DNA of 64,000 bases from Amoebidium appalachense (GCA_963693365.1 CAVNZM010000009.1:6540171-6604170); one strand, 5' to 3'; shown: positions 1 through 61,576, counted from the first letter of the stretch. Program-made: numbers and translations. The notes: generated from the sequence alone by a model not told the origin.

Positions 1-500
1 GGGGGGGGGGAGGGGGGGGGTGGGAGGGGGGGTGGGAGGGGGGAGGGGGAAGGGGAGGGTAAAGTATAGATTTCTGGTCTTTTCCGAAAACCAAATCCTC
101 TCCACACAAATCATCAACCCCCTCCCCCCCCCTCCCCCCCCCCCCCCCACCTCCAAACCCCCCCCCCCCCCCCCCCACCTGCCCTGATACATTCACACCT
201 CCTTCAACCACCACCACCATCACCACACCACCCTCTGTAGCAGGTTAGCTTGGTGCTAACCCCCTCCCTCCCCCCATCCCTTCCCGCCTTCCCCATATAT
301 TCCCCCCCCCCCCCCCCTCCCTTCCTCCCTTCTCCCCCCCCCCCCCCCCCCCACAAAAAAAAAAAATCTTACACACTCAAAAATTAAAATTCTTTCTTTT
401 TTACTTTTTATTGAAAAGAGAGAGAGAGAGTGAGAGAGCGAGAGAGCGAGAGAAAGAGAGAGAGAACGAAACACCATGCCCAATCGAGCCAAGAATCTAC

Positions 501-534
501 ATCCCGCCGTTTACAATATCCCGCCGTTTACAAT
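501..534 (+). repeat. Perfect 17-bp tandem duplication ATCCCGCCGTTTACAAT x2 just upstream of the JAB-E1 gene
   Basis: Read directly at 501-517 and 518-534. Confidence 0.85.
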
Positions 535-578
535 ATGTTACTGCTTCCTAACATGAGCAAATATTCCTTCTTACTAAT

Positions 579-5975
<5,397 letters not shown>

Positions 5976-6841
5976 ACATTCCGAAGGTTATTTTTAACAT
6001 TTTTTGTGACTCCTCCTTTGCTCTCTTCTTCCTTCTTTTCCTTCTATTACATACTTTACCCTCGATTTATTGAAGTCGTTTTATGTCTTTCAGTTTCTTT
6101 CTTTCTTTACTTCTTTTTTTCCCCCTTCTTCTGCGGCGGCGGCGGCGGCAAGTGCAAGAAGGGGGTGGTGTCGGAGGGGGGGGGGGGGGGGGGAGAGGGG
6201 GGGGGGGGGGGGGGGGGGGGGGGTTGGACAACAATACTTGAAAGTTTCAACTCTTGCAGGTTGTCTTTTCCTTATTAGCATAATGGTATATAACGGTATA
6301 GTATTATGAGAAGAGCAGAAAGGATGAACAAACCGGGGTTACCGGTTAGAAGCTTAAGGGGTTGCTCAAGCAAATGAAAGTGACAAATCTACTGTATGGA
6401 AGTTCAAAGTATGGTTGTTGATTTTATTTTTTTTGCAACTGTTTCATACTACATAAAGTCAAAATTACACATACCGAAATCAAAAATGCATACTTCGTTT
6501 AGGTTTTTTCTTGGTTACGACAAGCATTTTTCTTTGTGTTCGCAGTAAGCGGAAAGAATGGTGTGTACATGTGTGTGTGTGTGGTGTGAGAGATTGCATG
6601 GATGGGTCGGGGGGAGTGGAAGTTGTACGTGGAACGGTGGTGGTGGGTGCGGGATTTCCTCCTCCGTTTTCTTATTCTACTCGTCCTTCTTCTTTCTTTC
6701 TCTCTTCCTTTCTTTTTTTCCTTCTCTCGGTTCATTTTTTTTTTCGTTTCTCTTTTTTTCCTTCTTTTTTCTTTCTTTCTTTCTTTCTTTTTTGTGGGCG
6801 TGTTTGTGTTGTTGTGTGGGGTTGGGGGGAGTGGTGGGGTG

Positions 6842-6904
<63 letters not shown>

Positions 6905-7156
6905 GGGGGGGGGGGAGGAGAGGGAGGAAGGGGGGGAGGGGGGAGGGGGGGGGGGGGGGGTTGCAGCTTTTTTTTTTTTTTTTTTTTTTTTTTGGGTTGT
7001 TGTTGTTGGGAGGGGGGGGGGGGGGGGAGGGGGGGGGGGGGGGGGGGGGGGGGGCAAGAGAGAGAGAGGGTGAGGGTTATAGTGTTGTGTTATTTCATTG
7101 TAGAACGCTGGCACTGATTGTACATATAGTCACACTTTTTGGTGCACATTTATCAA

Positions 7157-7391
7157 AGGCGAATACGAGTTTGAATACATTTATGCCAATGCGAATATGA
7201 ATTTGAATACAATTATATGCCAATGGGAATATGAGTTTGAATACATTTATGCCAATGCGAATATGAGTCTGAATACATTCATGCCAATGTGAATACGAGC
7301 TTTTTTAAATCATCATCAGTGCCAATGCGAATATGAGTTTGAATACATATATGCCAATGCGAATATTACCTTGAATACATTTATGCCAATG
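7157..7391. repeat. ~32-bp minisatellite (GAATACATTTATGCCAATGCGAATATGAGTTT), ~6-7 degenerate copies
   Basis: Recurrent GAATACAT...ATGCCAATG...GAATA units between the convergent JAB-E1 and SWI5 genes. Confidence 0.85.
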
Positions 7392-7913
7392 TCGTCCACA
7401 GCACTATCAGGAAAGCGACATGTATCTCTGTCGCGTCTTTGATCATTCATTTCTTGGCTATTTACATAAAAAGGAGGAAAGGAAAATCTTGTGTAGAAAT
7501 TGTCACTATAACCTAACATAACCATGAACAAGGATAACATTAAGAAAAAAAAGGATAAATGGGCATTATACCAAGAGTTGTGTTTATTGTTAAAAAGAAC
7601 ATCCTTGCGAATCAAAAACCTACATTTTCAAACCATGATCAGACCTTTAACAACCGGTAGAAAATAGACTAAACTGGTGCAAGCCTAATGTCTTTAACAA
7701 ACAACCATGAGAATATACTATCTAATGAGAATCGCAGAGAGGTACCATTACCTTTTTGGAACTCCCCAATTGATTCTAGAATTTAACACCCCCACACGAA
7801 CCAGACCCATAAATTTTACATTACACTAATTCTATTTACATACGTACGTATATCCTTCGTGCCGTTAACTTGGTTCAATGCCCTCCCCCCCTCCTCCCCT
7901 CGTACTCTGTATG

Positions 7914-7952
<39 letters not shown>

Positions 7953-7957
7953 CCCGG

Positions 7958-8209
7958 TCAGTCATCGAGGTCGAGTCCAAATTCCTCGTACATGGCTCGT
8001 GTGGTGGTTCCTCTGCTCTCGGCTGCAGGGTGAGTAAAAAGGGGGATTAGTGAGGGTTATTTTTTATTTTTTTTATTTATTGGTTTATTTTATTTATTTA
8101 TTTTTTTTTGGGGGGGGGAGGGGGGGGGAGGGGGAGGGGAGAATGAGAAAGGGAGACAGGGAGGGAGGTAAAGGAGTCAAGGACGGAGAGGGTGGGCGGC
8201 GGGGAGAAA

Positions 8210-8244
<35 letters not shown>

Positions 8245-8524
8245 GGGACGGGGGGAGAAGGGGAAAAATTGGGGGAGAAAGGGAGTACAGGAGAGAGAGA
8301 GAGAGATTCCACGCGCATGTGAGAGTGAGAATAAGAATGGGGAAGCGAGAAAGAAGCAGGGAGAGCAGGGCCGGGGGTGGAGGTGGAGGGGAGGGGGGGG
8401 GGAGGGGGGAGGGAGGGAGGGAAGGGGACTTTACCCAATCTGCCGAGAAGCATTTGTGCAATGTCTTTGATTTCGTTGTATTCGTGTAGTGCCTTCATGT
8501 AGCCCTGAAGCGCAGACTCGTCGT

Positions 8525-8598
<74 letters not shown>

Positions 8599-9543
8599 TC
8601 CAAGTCAATAAATTTTTTTCTTTTTTTTTTCTCTTTGTTCTGCCGAGAGGCGGCGGAAAGGGGGGCAGGGGGGGGGGGGGGGGGGGGGAGGGGGGGAGGG
8701 GGGGCAGAGAAAGTGGCTGAGGAAATCTGCTGCCTGTTTGTGTTCACATGCCTGTCCACACACTTGGAGCATGTTGCCGAGCATGCATACAAACAGGCGG
8801 ACGTGTTTGTGTGTGTGTGCGCGTGTTTGCGCACATATCGGCGTGCGGGCCTCAGAGGGAGCAAGATGGGGATGTTTCAAATGTGTGCCATTAACCTAGG
8901 TACATGTAAGCACAAAAAAAAATCCCCCTTGCCCCCCTCGCCACATACCCAACTACCCACTCACAGACGTGTGCACGCACACACTTCACACACACACACA
9001 CACACACATGCACACGCACACACTTCACACACATACACACACACACACCCATGCACACACATACATACACACGCAGTCGCGCACAAACATGCACACACGT
9101 AAATATGTACACTTACACACACCGATTCCCCCCCCCCCCCCCCCCCCCCCCCACCCACCCATCCACCCACCGATCCCCCCCCCCCCCTCCCCCTCCCCCC
9201 CCACCCACCCACCCACCCACCCACACACGTACAATTTTCTCAGCTCTTGTGTCTGTGCCGCCAACTCTTCGTGCTCTTTCTTTAACGCCTCAATCTCTTC
9301 TTGTAGTTCTTCCTTGGTAGGTGCTGCTTTAACGAGTGTAAGGGGCGTCTTGGTGGCCGTGGCATGGAGGGGTTTTGACGGCCTGATGTTTTACAGTGTG
9401 AGCTTGTTTCTTTTTTTTCCTAGTCTTCTCAGCCTCCCCCCCCCCCCCCCCCCCCCCTCTTCTCTCCCCCCCCCCATCCTTCCCCAACCCTCTTTATGTT
9501 CTTGGCACCTCACTCCCCCCCTCCTCTCCCCCCTGCTCTTTTT

Positions 9544-9578
<35 letters not shown>

Positions 9579-10554
9579 CCCGCGGCCTCCGTTTCTTATC
9601 ACCCCATAGTACATCATTGAAATGCAAGAACAATTATACGAAAGAACGTGCACATAAACGACCCCAACCTCAGATACCATCCAGGTCACCACAGTGTGTC
9701 CGCCCCCGGGGGGGGGGTGGGGTGGGGGGGGGGGGGGGAGAATAGATGGGGCCGGGTGTGTGTGTGTGCTTTTTCTTTTTTCTTTCTTTCTTTCTTTTTT
9801 TTTTTTTGTGGGGGGGGGGGGGGGGGGGGGGAGGGGGGGGAGGGGGGAGGGGGGAAAGAGAGAGGTGGGGGTGATTATATGTGCTACAAAGTAAGGAAGT
9901 TCACATTCATGATGGACAACACAATGCAGGGTGCAACACACACACACACACAATCAGCACCAGAAGCACAGCCCATTCTAGGCAGCCCCGGGGGGGAGGT
10001 TGGGGGGGGGGGGGGGGGGGGGAGAGGGGAGGTAGGGAATGGGCGGGGGAGAAGGGGAGGGGGGAGGGCGGAATACCCAGTTGATCTTGGGGCGGCAAAT
10101 CCCCCCCTGCCTGATTTTGCACCAATCTTTGCCGGTGTAACAAATTTCGAAGCACTAGAACCAATTGGTCTGGGCGCCTTATACTGGGACGTGGTGATTG
10201 GTTTAAACGGCGTCTTAGCCTTATTTGGTGTCTTTCCCTCGAAACCTATTGAGCGATCTTTTGTCTCTGCCTCCACCGCAGGGTGCGACTTTGTATCGGC
10301 GGCTCTGAGTGGTTCGGTGCCACGAATCAGGTCGCTTGACGCAGGCGATAGTTTGCTTTCTTCATCCGCCATTTTCCTGCCCCCCAAAACAGCTCTCACA
10401 TTAACCCTTTATTGATGTTTATTAGGTGCTTTGATTGCTCCTCCCCCCCCCCCCTCCCCCCCCCCCCCCCCCCTCCCCCGGGGCGCCGCTCCCCCTGCTC
10501 CCCGTCTTTCCATCCGCAATACCACATAAACACAATCACACAGGCGTAGGGTGG

Positions 10555-10639
<85 letters not shown>

Positions 10640-11303
10640 TCAACATCATCCTACATGCAGAAGGTCCCTATGTGGCAGCGGAAGAGTGTGCAAAATGGCA
10701 CGGGCCCGTGTGTGTGTTGTCTGTGTTGACCTCTGTGTATATAGACTTGTGTGTGCGCAGGCAGGCATGCATGTCCGCGAAAACGGCAGAAAGGATAATG
10801 AAGGGAAATAAAAGAGCCTAGAAAGAAAGAAAAAAAGGAGAAGTTGTTAGTGAACAACCACCTGTAAACAACGACTTTAAGTACGCACATAGATACAGTT
10901 CTGTATAATGAGGGAGGTGCTTGAGTGTCAGCAGAGGTAAGACACACACACGAGAGGAAGAGAGAGAGTCATGAAATGTGTGTGCGTGTGCGTGTGTGTG
11001 TCGTGTTTTGTCTGTGTTTTTGTAAGTGCGCGTGCAGTGCTGTGCACGCATACACGCACCTGGCGTGAGAAGTGGGAGGGGGGAAGCAGGGAGGGGGGGG
11101 GGGGGGGGGGGGGGGGGGGTCGGGTGATGCAGCGGGCGGTGGTGTGTGTGTGTTTCTGTGTGTGTGTGTGGGGGGGGGGGGGGGGAGAGGGGGGGGGAGG
11201 GGGGGGGGAGGGGAGGGGGGGGAGGGGAGGGGGGGATTAATGCAAGGGGGGAAGGATGGGGAAAAGGAAAAAAGAGAGAGAAAGAGAGAAATAAAAGGAA
11301 GAT

Positions 11304-11381
<78 letters not shown>

Positions 11382-11428
11382 GGGGGGGGGGGAGGGAGAG
11401 AGGGAGAGAGGGAGAGAGGGGGGGGGGA

Positions 11429-11464
<36 letters not shown>

Positions 11465-11506
11465 TAATGGGGGGGAGAGGAGAGAGAGGGTGAGAGAGGC
11501 GGCACG

Positions 11507-11593
<87 letters not shown>

Positions 11594-11595
11594 TG

Positions 11596-11660
<65 letters not shown>

Positions 11661-11765
11661 TGAGTGAGTGAGAGAGAGAGTGAGTGGGAGAGAGAGAGAG
11701 AGAGAGGGAGAGAGAGAGAGAGAGAAGAGAAAAAGATAGAGAAAGAGGGCTGGAGAGAGCGAGAG

Positions 11766-11805
<40 letters not shown>

Positions 11806-11902
11806 GGGAGGCTTGTATCCGTTCTTACGTGGCCGGGGCAGATTCCGTGTTTTTGGTCTCCACAAAGCCTTCCGGAGGAATCTCAGAAAGAATCGCCATC
11901 AT
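7958..11902 (-). CDS. SWI5: DNA repair/recombination mediator Swi5 (Sae3) homolog, 226 aa, 5 exons
   Basis: Exons are 11829-11902, 10077-10376, 9233-9382, 8435-8526 and 7958-8022 (681 nt, phases consistent). A coiled coil EELQEEIEALKKEHEEL is followed by the Swi5 signature MKALHEYNEIKDIAQMLLGRLA...TTRAMYEEFGLDLDD*. Confidence 0.92.
11305..11725. repeat. (GA)n-rich microsatellite block in SWI5 intron 1
   Basis: Long GA dinucleotide arrays interrupted by G runs. Confidence 0.9.
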
Positions 11903-12569
11903 AGAGGTAAACGACTGCGATTTTAGCCTATTCCAGAGAATCCTTAGTGGGTAGTTAGCGAGTATTGCAACGCCAATGATAAAGCGAAACGAAAAGCAGG
12001 CTGTAAAAGGTTGTAAACGGGTGGTTTTGTTCGATTTCTTCAAGTCAGCACTCCATGTGCTTGGTGTGAAGGGAAGGTCACACCGCCTAGATTTCAGACT
12101 AAAAGAATAGAGAGTTCGGGGTGTGGCCGTTTATAGAGACTAGGAATAGACAGAGGGATAATATGTCACAGTGTGTGTGTATTTTGCATGCCCGAGGGCA
12201 TGTGCGCCTGAATGATCGAAGATGGCTCGAAAAATCTGGACGGAAGTGAGATGTTGAGAGTGGCGAGTGTTGTTATGTGCGTAAGCGTATGTCTTTCTGC
12301 ATGTGCGTATGTGTGTGCCTCTCTTCGTGCTTCATATGTCCATTACGGGTGTTGGCTACAGAGAACATGTGCACTTTCAAGCTACAGTCGTGCGACTTCA
12401 CCACGTCCCACCGTCTGACCGTCCGACGAGGTCACGGCAGCTTTCGTGGGCAGCAGGGTGATTTAATTTCCCGCCAAAACCTATGTGCTGTCCATATAAA
12501 GTTATTTAGCTGATCCCAGGATTGGTCAAGCGTTTCATCAAGATGGGGTGTTGTATGCATATGAACTAG

Positions 12570-13093
12570 TGAGCCGCTTCGCGTGGATCTAGATATCTAA
12601 ATATCTAGATTATTAAATTTACGTATAAAACTTCCGCAATCCGATCGATCTGTTAAAGTTTTGAAGTTTGCATAAAATTTAGATCGATATCGACCCTCTT
12701 CCTGATGGGCGAATCTGGAAGAGGGGGGGGGGGGGGGTCTTCTAGATGTCTGGGGTGAGAGGATTGGTTCTTGGAACCTGCCTAAATATCTTTAATCCCA
12801 TAGAATTGCGATCTACGATCTAGATAACTCAGTTTCTAAATTGCTCTATACGAATTGAGCAGAATTTTAGATATTTAAAGAACGGCTTTGGTTCTCTAAA
12901 TTCGCCGAGTATTCAGATATTTAGATCCAAGCGAGCGACTCACATATCTCTTATCCAATAGAATTGCGATCTACGATCTGGAAAATTCAGTTTCTAAACT
13001 GCTCCATGTACACGAATCGAGCAGACTTTTAGATATTTAGAGAACGACATTGGTTCTCTAATTTCGCCGAGTAGATCCACGCGATTCGACTCA
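12570..13093. mobile_element. MITE-like non-coding element with ~22-bp terminal inverted repeats and a tandemly duplicated ~155-bp right arm
   Basis: Left end TGAGCCGCTTCGCGTGGATCTA (12570) versus right end TAGATCCACGCGATTCGACTCA (13072-13093), 3 mismatches. A second right-end copy lies at ~12922-12943, and ~12787-12943 is duplicated at ~12944-13093. No clear TSD. Confidence 0.55.
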
Positions 13094-14210
13094 GTGAGTC
13101 GTATGACGTCACAAAGGCCATTAAAAAACTGCACCAGATAAGCTCAATACACTACATAACGACCTTGAAGACACTAACACAGAAAGATATCATTTTCTAT
13201 AAAAATTATCATACAATTCACTGCACCAAATAACGAATTCAGTCGCGTGACTCGCGTCACAGGCTGAAGATAATTTGCTGCGCTCTACTTGGTATGCGAG
13301 TGCGCATGCAGTTTCGAAGTGCGTTCCTCGATAATATCTTCATGACGAAGGATAGCAGAAGGCTTGTACATTTGTACATGTGCACACAAAGTGCAGATAG
13401 GCAGTCCACCAACATGCATATACTATGATAGTAATAAGCTATACAAAGCTACACGAAAACTTTGAGATCTCAATATGAATAAGTGTTGATGGAAAAAACA
13501 TCAAATCATTGTCTGGCTATGAGAACAATGGCACTTCAGATTCTTGAAAGCGCAGACATTCATCCTTATCCTCATGAATGTCTGCTTCTGAGATATTATC
13601 GAGGGTCTAAACAGGCGGTGAATGTCACCGTTCTGTTTAGATGCGCCGCACAAACAGTTGGCACTCCAACGAAATTTTCCTCTCTAGTTGTGTATTCATG
13701 AATGAACAATTCCAACGTTTCCCCAAACACCCTTTCCAAAGGCTTTTGGTGGTTCAAAACATGCATATGGCCAGTCTTTTTATAAAAGTTGGCCAACCCA
13801 CAACGAGGCACCCATTCACCAAGAGAGTGTAGCAGTAGAAGTATAGGTGCATCTGCTCATTTGGAAATTAGCCGCTTGAGCTGTTGGGTACGTGTTCATT
13901 CAACCCTGTTCTAGATCTTTTTTGCAGCATTTATTGGCATATTTATGATAGGATTAGAATTTTAGGTGTAGGCGTAATTGGGTTCAGGCTGTAAAACGTC
14001 CACGCAATTTCTAGACGTTCATCATTCTCCAAACCATGGCCAAGCATGTGGTGCGATGCCATCTTTGAACTCGAAGACATCTCCAGGCGAGCTGGAACCT
14101 TTCTTAGGAAGACATAATGGTGCCTTAATCACACCAAATAAGATAACATGGCTTGAATTGGTTCATGATTACCATTCAACTCTAAGACACGACTAGGAAA
14201 CACAGCCGCC

Positions 14211-31026
<16,816 letters not shown>

Positions 31027-33322
31027 GGAACGAAGAGGGGGAAGAGAAGGGGACAGAGTTGGTTGAGGTGGTGCATGAGAACGAAAGGAAGGAGGGAGGA
31101 AAGGAAGGATGTTCCTCGAGAGAAACTAAAGGGCTGGAATAATAGGTCGGCTTGGAGTGCGGATTCCCGGTTTTGGGCTTGATTTGTGGTCAAAGTAGCT
31201 TTGTTTTTGGTATGTGATGATAAGGGGTACGTGTATATGGCATTTCCTTTTTTCTTTTTCTTTCCTTTTTTTTTTTTTTTTTTTTTTTTTGTGGTGGTGG
31301 TGGTGGTGGTGGTGTTGTGGGGGGGAGGGGGGAGGGGGGGGGGGGGGGGGGGGGGGGGGGAGGGGGGATGAAAAACCCCGTGTATGCTGAGCATGATTTA
31401 GGTCATGTTATTATGTGGTGCAAAGACTAATTTACGTAATTGAGGTCATAAGGTCTGTATCATACATACCATTGCCAGATGTAATGATAGAGAATGTGAT
31501 TTTTAACAGGTTAAAGTTTTAACTAGTTAGCCCATTGCAACGTAAACATGCTGCGTTCCAATTGGTTGTTCTGTGGATGTAGGGTCACTGAACAAGAAAG
31601 CCGGTTGTTTTGTCGAATTTTTGCGAGAAACTGTTTCTTTTTTTCTGTTCCCCTCCTTATTTATTTGCCTTTTTGTAATTCGACGTAGGTGCATATGCAT
31701 ATATGACGCAAGTGCTGTACAGCCAAATGTTTACAAGTGTCGGTATTAAGAAGGTGTATAATTTTAATCTGCACTAAATTTTGAGGTCTGAAAATGACTT
31801 GTTAGCTCTAGAAGTAAGTTTTCGGTTTTGAAAGACGGTTACCAACCAGGTATATATATGTTCTAGCGATGTTCTGCCCAACTTTATCCCGGATGTTATT
31901 CGCCGTACAGCCAGTCATCAAATAGATAGGTGTTTAAAAAATAATGACCTTCCTGCGCCTTAAATTTTAATATCGAAAGGCCATACATTCATTTAGCATT
32001 TGCACTTCATTTATGTCAATAAAAACAACTTGCAGCGTTTTATACAGTGGCGCCTGGGAAGGAACAACCCTATATATTTAGAAAATACCCTCACCAGGAA
32101 CAACCCTGTTTGTGTATACGAAATAGCCTCAAGCAACAACAAACCCCCCCCCCCCCCCCCCCTCCCCCCCCCTTCTCCTCCCCCCTATTGCAGTTGACAC
32201 AAAGTATGGGCTGGGAACCACGCGCGAGAGGTGAAAGAGTCGAACCCCATGCTTTTGTGGAGGTATAGGAACCCCCCTGATGATGGGCTCTGTTCAAGTG
32301 TCTTCTGCCTGCACGCTAAAGTTGCTTGATTTTGGGTTTCCCATTTTTGTGACGTTTTGTTATTGCTCTTTGTTATCTCCTCCATGTTTCCAACCCTTTA
32401 ACGCATACATCCCCCCCCCCTCACCCCCCTCTTCCCCCTGGGAAGGGGGTTGTTCCTCCGCGGCTATTGGTGTGACTCAGTGGTTGTATAAATGTTCTGT
32501 AACTGCACGTGAACTAGTTATAGGGGTTAAAACCGGTATTTGTCGTATGAGGTGTACACCTTGTCACTATGTAGAATATGGCCAAAAAAAATAAAATATA
32601 TATATGGGTAAAAACAATCCGGATATGTGCCCCGCGCTCGAGCGGTGACATATAACCGGCATATGTAATCGGAGAGTCTGACGCATCATGCATGATCGTG
32701 GCGACTTTCATAATCTGAAATGATGTTGCCCAGTTAAAATGCATGCAGTGATATGCTACTACAGTATATATATAGACCTTATTAGTACTAGTACCAACCT
32801 ACTCTATGTCAGGCATAGCTAGGACGTACGAGTTATATTTACTCCGGATATCGATCCCATATGAGATCTGAATTCGAACGACACGTGTAAGGCTTACCGT
32901 TACCCCACTAAAGACAAAATGTCATAGTTCATAGGAGGTAGGAAATTTCACCTTGTTAACGGAAAATAAGAGTGCAAACCTACACTACTGCTCCAGGGCC
33001 TAAAAACAGCACTACTAATAGCAATAGATATATAAATTCATAAAACAAACAAAAAAGTAGGAATATATATAACCGTGATGGATATATCTAAACTGGTACA
33101 CAGTAGTGATGAAAAGGAGCTATCCATATATAGACGGGCTATCCCCCCCCCCCCCCCCTCCCCCCCCCCCCCCTCCCCCCCCCCCCCCCCCCCCTCTCCC
33201 CCCTTCCCCCAATCAGGCCACCCACCTACCACGACCACGGACGTACCCGTCCCTGACGTGATTACCATGTGAAGAGTAGGGATGGGTTGGGTCGGGTTTG
33301 GGGGGGGGGGGGGGGGGGGGGG

Positions 33323-33475
33323 GGGTCCACCCTACTTTCGAATTCGGTATCCCTTTTGGGGGGGGGGGGGGGGGGGGGGGTCGGGGGGGGGGGGGTCCAC
33401 CCTACTTTCGGTAACCCCTTTCGGGGGGGGGGGGGGGGGGGGGGGGGGGGTCCGCCCTACTTTCGGTAACCCCAT
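33323..33475. repeat. Three copies of GGGTCC(A/G)CCCTACTTTCG...GTA(A/T)CCC separated by poly-G
   Basis: Read directly in the region between the RTK and TBCK 3' ends. Confidence 0.8.
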
Positions 33476-34195
33476 GCTACCATGGCAGGGGTCAACATTG
33501 TAAACATGCTTGTATATGCATGTAAGTGTATTAGCACAATTGGTCTGCCGGCAAGAACAATACAGTGCCCGGTCCAAGCACTACATATGAAAATTCGTTT
33601 TTTATTTGAATTTTACCACTTGATTCGTCAATTCACTTCGTTTCATCTAAGTTGCGCGTGAATCCCTAGTGAACAACACCTTTAAAATAAAGTTAAAAAC
33701 CACACGCTCACTGCGCCAAATCGAAAAAAAACTCACACGATGAAATCTAGATAGGAATACTCACGTGCACAGCATACGCTACAACGTTAGTGCTAGGTTG
33801 CCCGGACACAGTCCTGAGAGCAATCACCAATCATATCCATATGATCGACTAATAATATTAGATAATTTTTAAAGATAGTCAATTGAGCATAAAACCTACC
33901 ACATTAATTTATTGGGACCGAAAATTCATTCATTCACAGTATAGAATGCACATCGTTATCATGTCCCCCCCCCCCCAAAAAAACAAAACAAAAAAAAACA
34001 AACAAAAAAACAAAAAAAAACACCTCCCCCCCTCTCCCTTCCCCTCTGCCACCATCACCAAAAATCCCCTAGATCATATAATCGGTCACAATTTGATCAC
34101 CACTACCATCAAAACATCTCGAGCTCAGAAGAAGACACAGACCACCTAATCGGGCACCTTTTGCTCCTAAATTTAGGCTACATTTCCAGTTTTTG

Positions 34196-59939
<25,744 letters not shown>

Positions 59940-60640
59940 CTCCAAGCAAGAAACTAAATTCTCTCGCTTCGATGTTTTTTTCAAGGTGTACACTCCAGAT
60001 CTCTATTCTTTCCACAGAAAAACCGCCATTTTTGGCTACTGTATCACGTGCGTTGTCTAGGCATTTGAGAAATAGAAACTGTCACTGTGTGTGTTGGGTG
60101 TATGGGTGGGGGGGAAAGTAGATGCCTCCATGAAGGTGAGCTACATGGGCTTCTTTGAGAGTGCAACTTTGTAGGTGTCCTGCACGCTTGTATACACGGC
60201 TGAATGTAAGTTTGAATACACGGCTCGAAAAACCGAGTATTGTCAGAAGGCCCCGTTATATTGCATAATGATCTGCCTCAATTTGTGATGTTCTATGGGG
60301 GCAGTGTTACTGGCAGACTACTTGGTGTCAGGTTACGATGCCGTTTCGGATTATCATTACAGCACTTCTATATATGAAAGCCTGTTTTTCTAGTGCGTGG
60401 ACTTTTCTAATTATCTCTTTCCGAAGACTCTCCGTCTATCTCCCTCTCTCTCTCTTTTCTCTCTCTCCCCTCTCTCCGACTTCCTCTCCGCAGCTTCTAG
60501 ATCTGTTGAGGGTGGGAAGCGAACAGATCTATTCATAAACATTTTTGGAAACAAGAAACTCTGGCTGCGCTTTTTCGTTATCGCCCAGCCTCGGTCGCCC
60601 TGGGCTGGCTGCCGGGGCTCGCCTCGCTCGCCCCCAGGTG

Positions 60641-60837
60641 TGACGTCACTGACCAACAGGATACATCACACGATGCCGGCCAGATTCACATAGGCCTACA
60701 GGTCCCGTGGTGATTGTGAAACGGGACGCGCATGTTCATGTTCGTCCCAGGGTTCTTATTGGCGCTATATTTTTTGCAACCTGATTGGATGAAGATAAAG
60801 CTCGCTTTGTGATTGGTTACTGATTTCGTGTAATTGG
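60641..60837. promoter_or_regulatory. Candidate bidirectional promoter core between TBCK and the GT92 gene: CRE palindrome plus four inverted CCAAT boxes
   Basis: TGACGTCA at 60641-60648; ATTGG at 60758, 60784, 60812 and 60833. The interval is repeat-poor and lies between divergent ATGs. Confidence 0.45.
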
Positions 60838-61576
60838 ATGATCTTTATCCGCGAGCTTAGGCTTAGTCCTTCCCCCCAAACCCCATATCTCCTTCAACCC
60901 ATCCTCGGCCTACCGAGGCATTTGTTAATAATCATGTACGCGGGCTTTCCGTAATAACCTCATAAGACCGCGTACATTGAATGAATTCTGTATGATATGT
61001 ATGCTCGTGCCCGTATCATATTGCAGTGAGAAAAATCAAAACATATAAAGCTATACTTTCTTCCATATAATCCTTTTGTCCTTTGAAGAATCCGTCCGAC
61101 TTTATTGTTGTTATTTTGTTTCCTCTTGTGGTGACACAGATATGTGTGTGTGAAGGAAATGACCAATACGCTTCTATCAAACGCTTTTTGCATTCCACAC
61201 TCATCATTCCTGTTTACGTTTTGTGGTTTTCAAGCGGGAGGACTCCGAAGGAGGCAAGAGAGGAGGCAGCGGTGAGAGACGAAGATCCACCGAGTGGCCT
61301 TGCGGTGAGGTTATTGGTCATTTGTCATGCATTAGTTGTGTTGGATTGCTGGTTTCCATATATAGTCATGTGGTTTGGTTTTGATTGCATGTTCTGATTT
61401 GGTCAGATTGTAAAGCATTTGATATTTGATTGGTTTCTTCAGTCTGGCTTCAAATTCCAAATGCATCGTAAAACAAGACAACGTTATGACCGTTTTGTAG
61501 TCCGTCCACGTTGACAATTTTTTTTTATATAGGCTAACAGGTTTTGGGAGTAAGTGGTTGTTAAAAAAAATAGCAG

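Noticed and set aside
13483-14196. Short complex-sequence ORFs upstream of the RTK (e.g. 13596-13811 minus)
   Set aside because: No recognisable domain or spliceable model; they could be a decayed element but this is unsupported.
31400-33050. Repeat-poor stretch between the RTK and TBCK 3' ends as a hidden gene or ncRNA
   Set aside because: No coherent ORF, splice pattern, tRNA or snoRNA motif was recognised.
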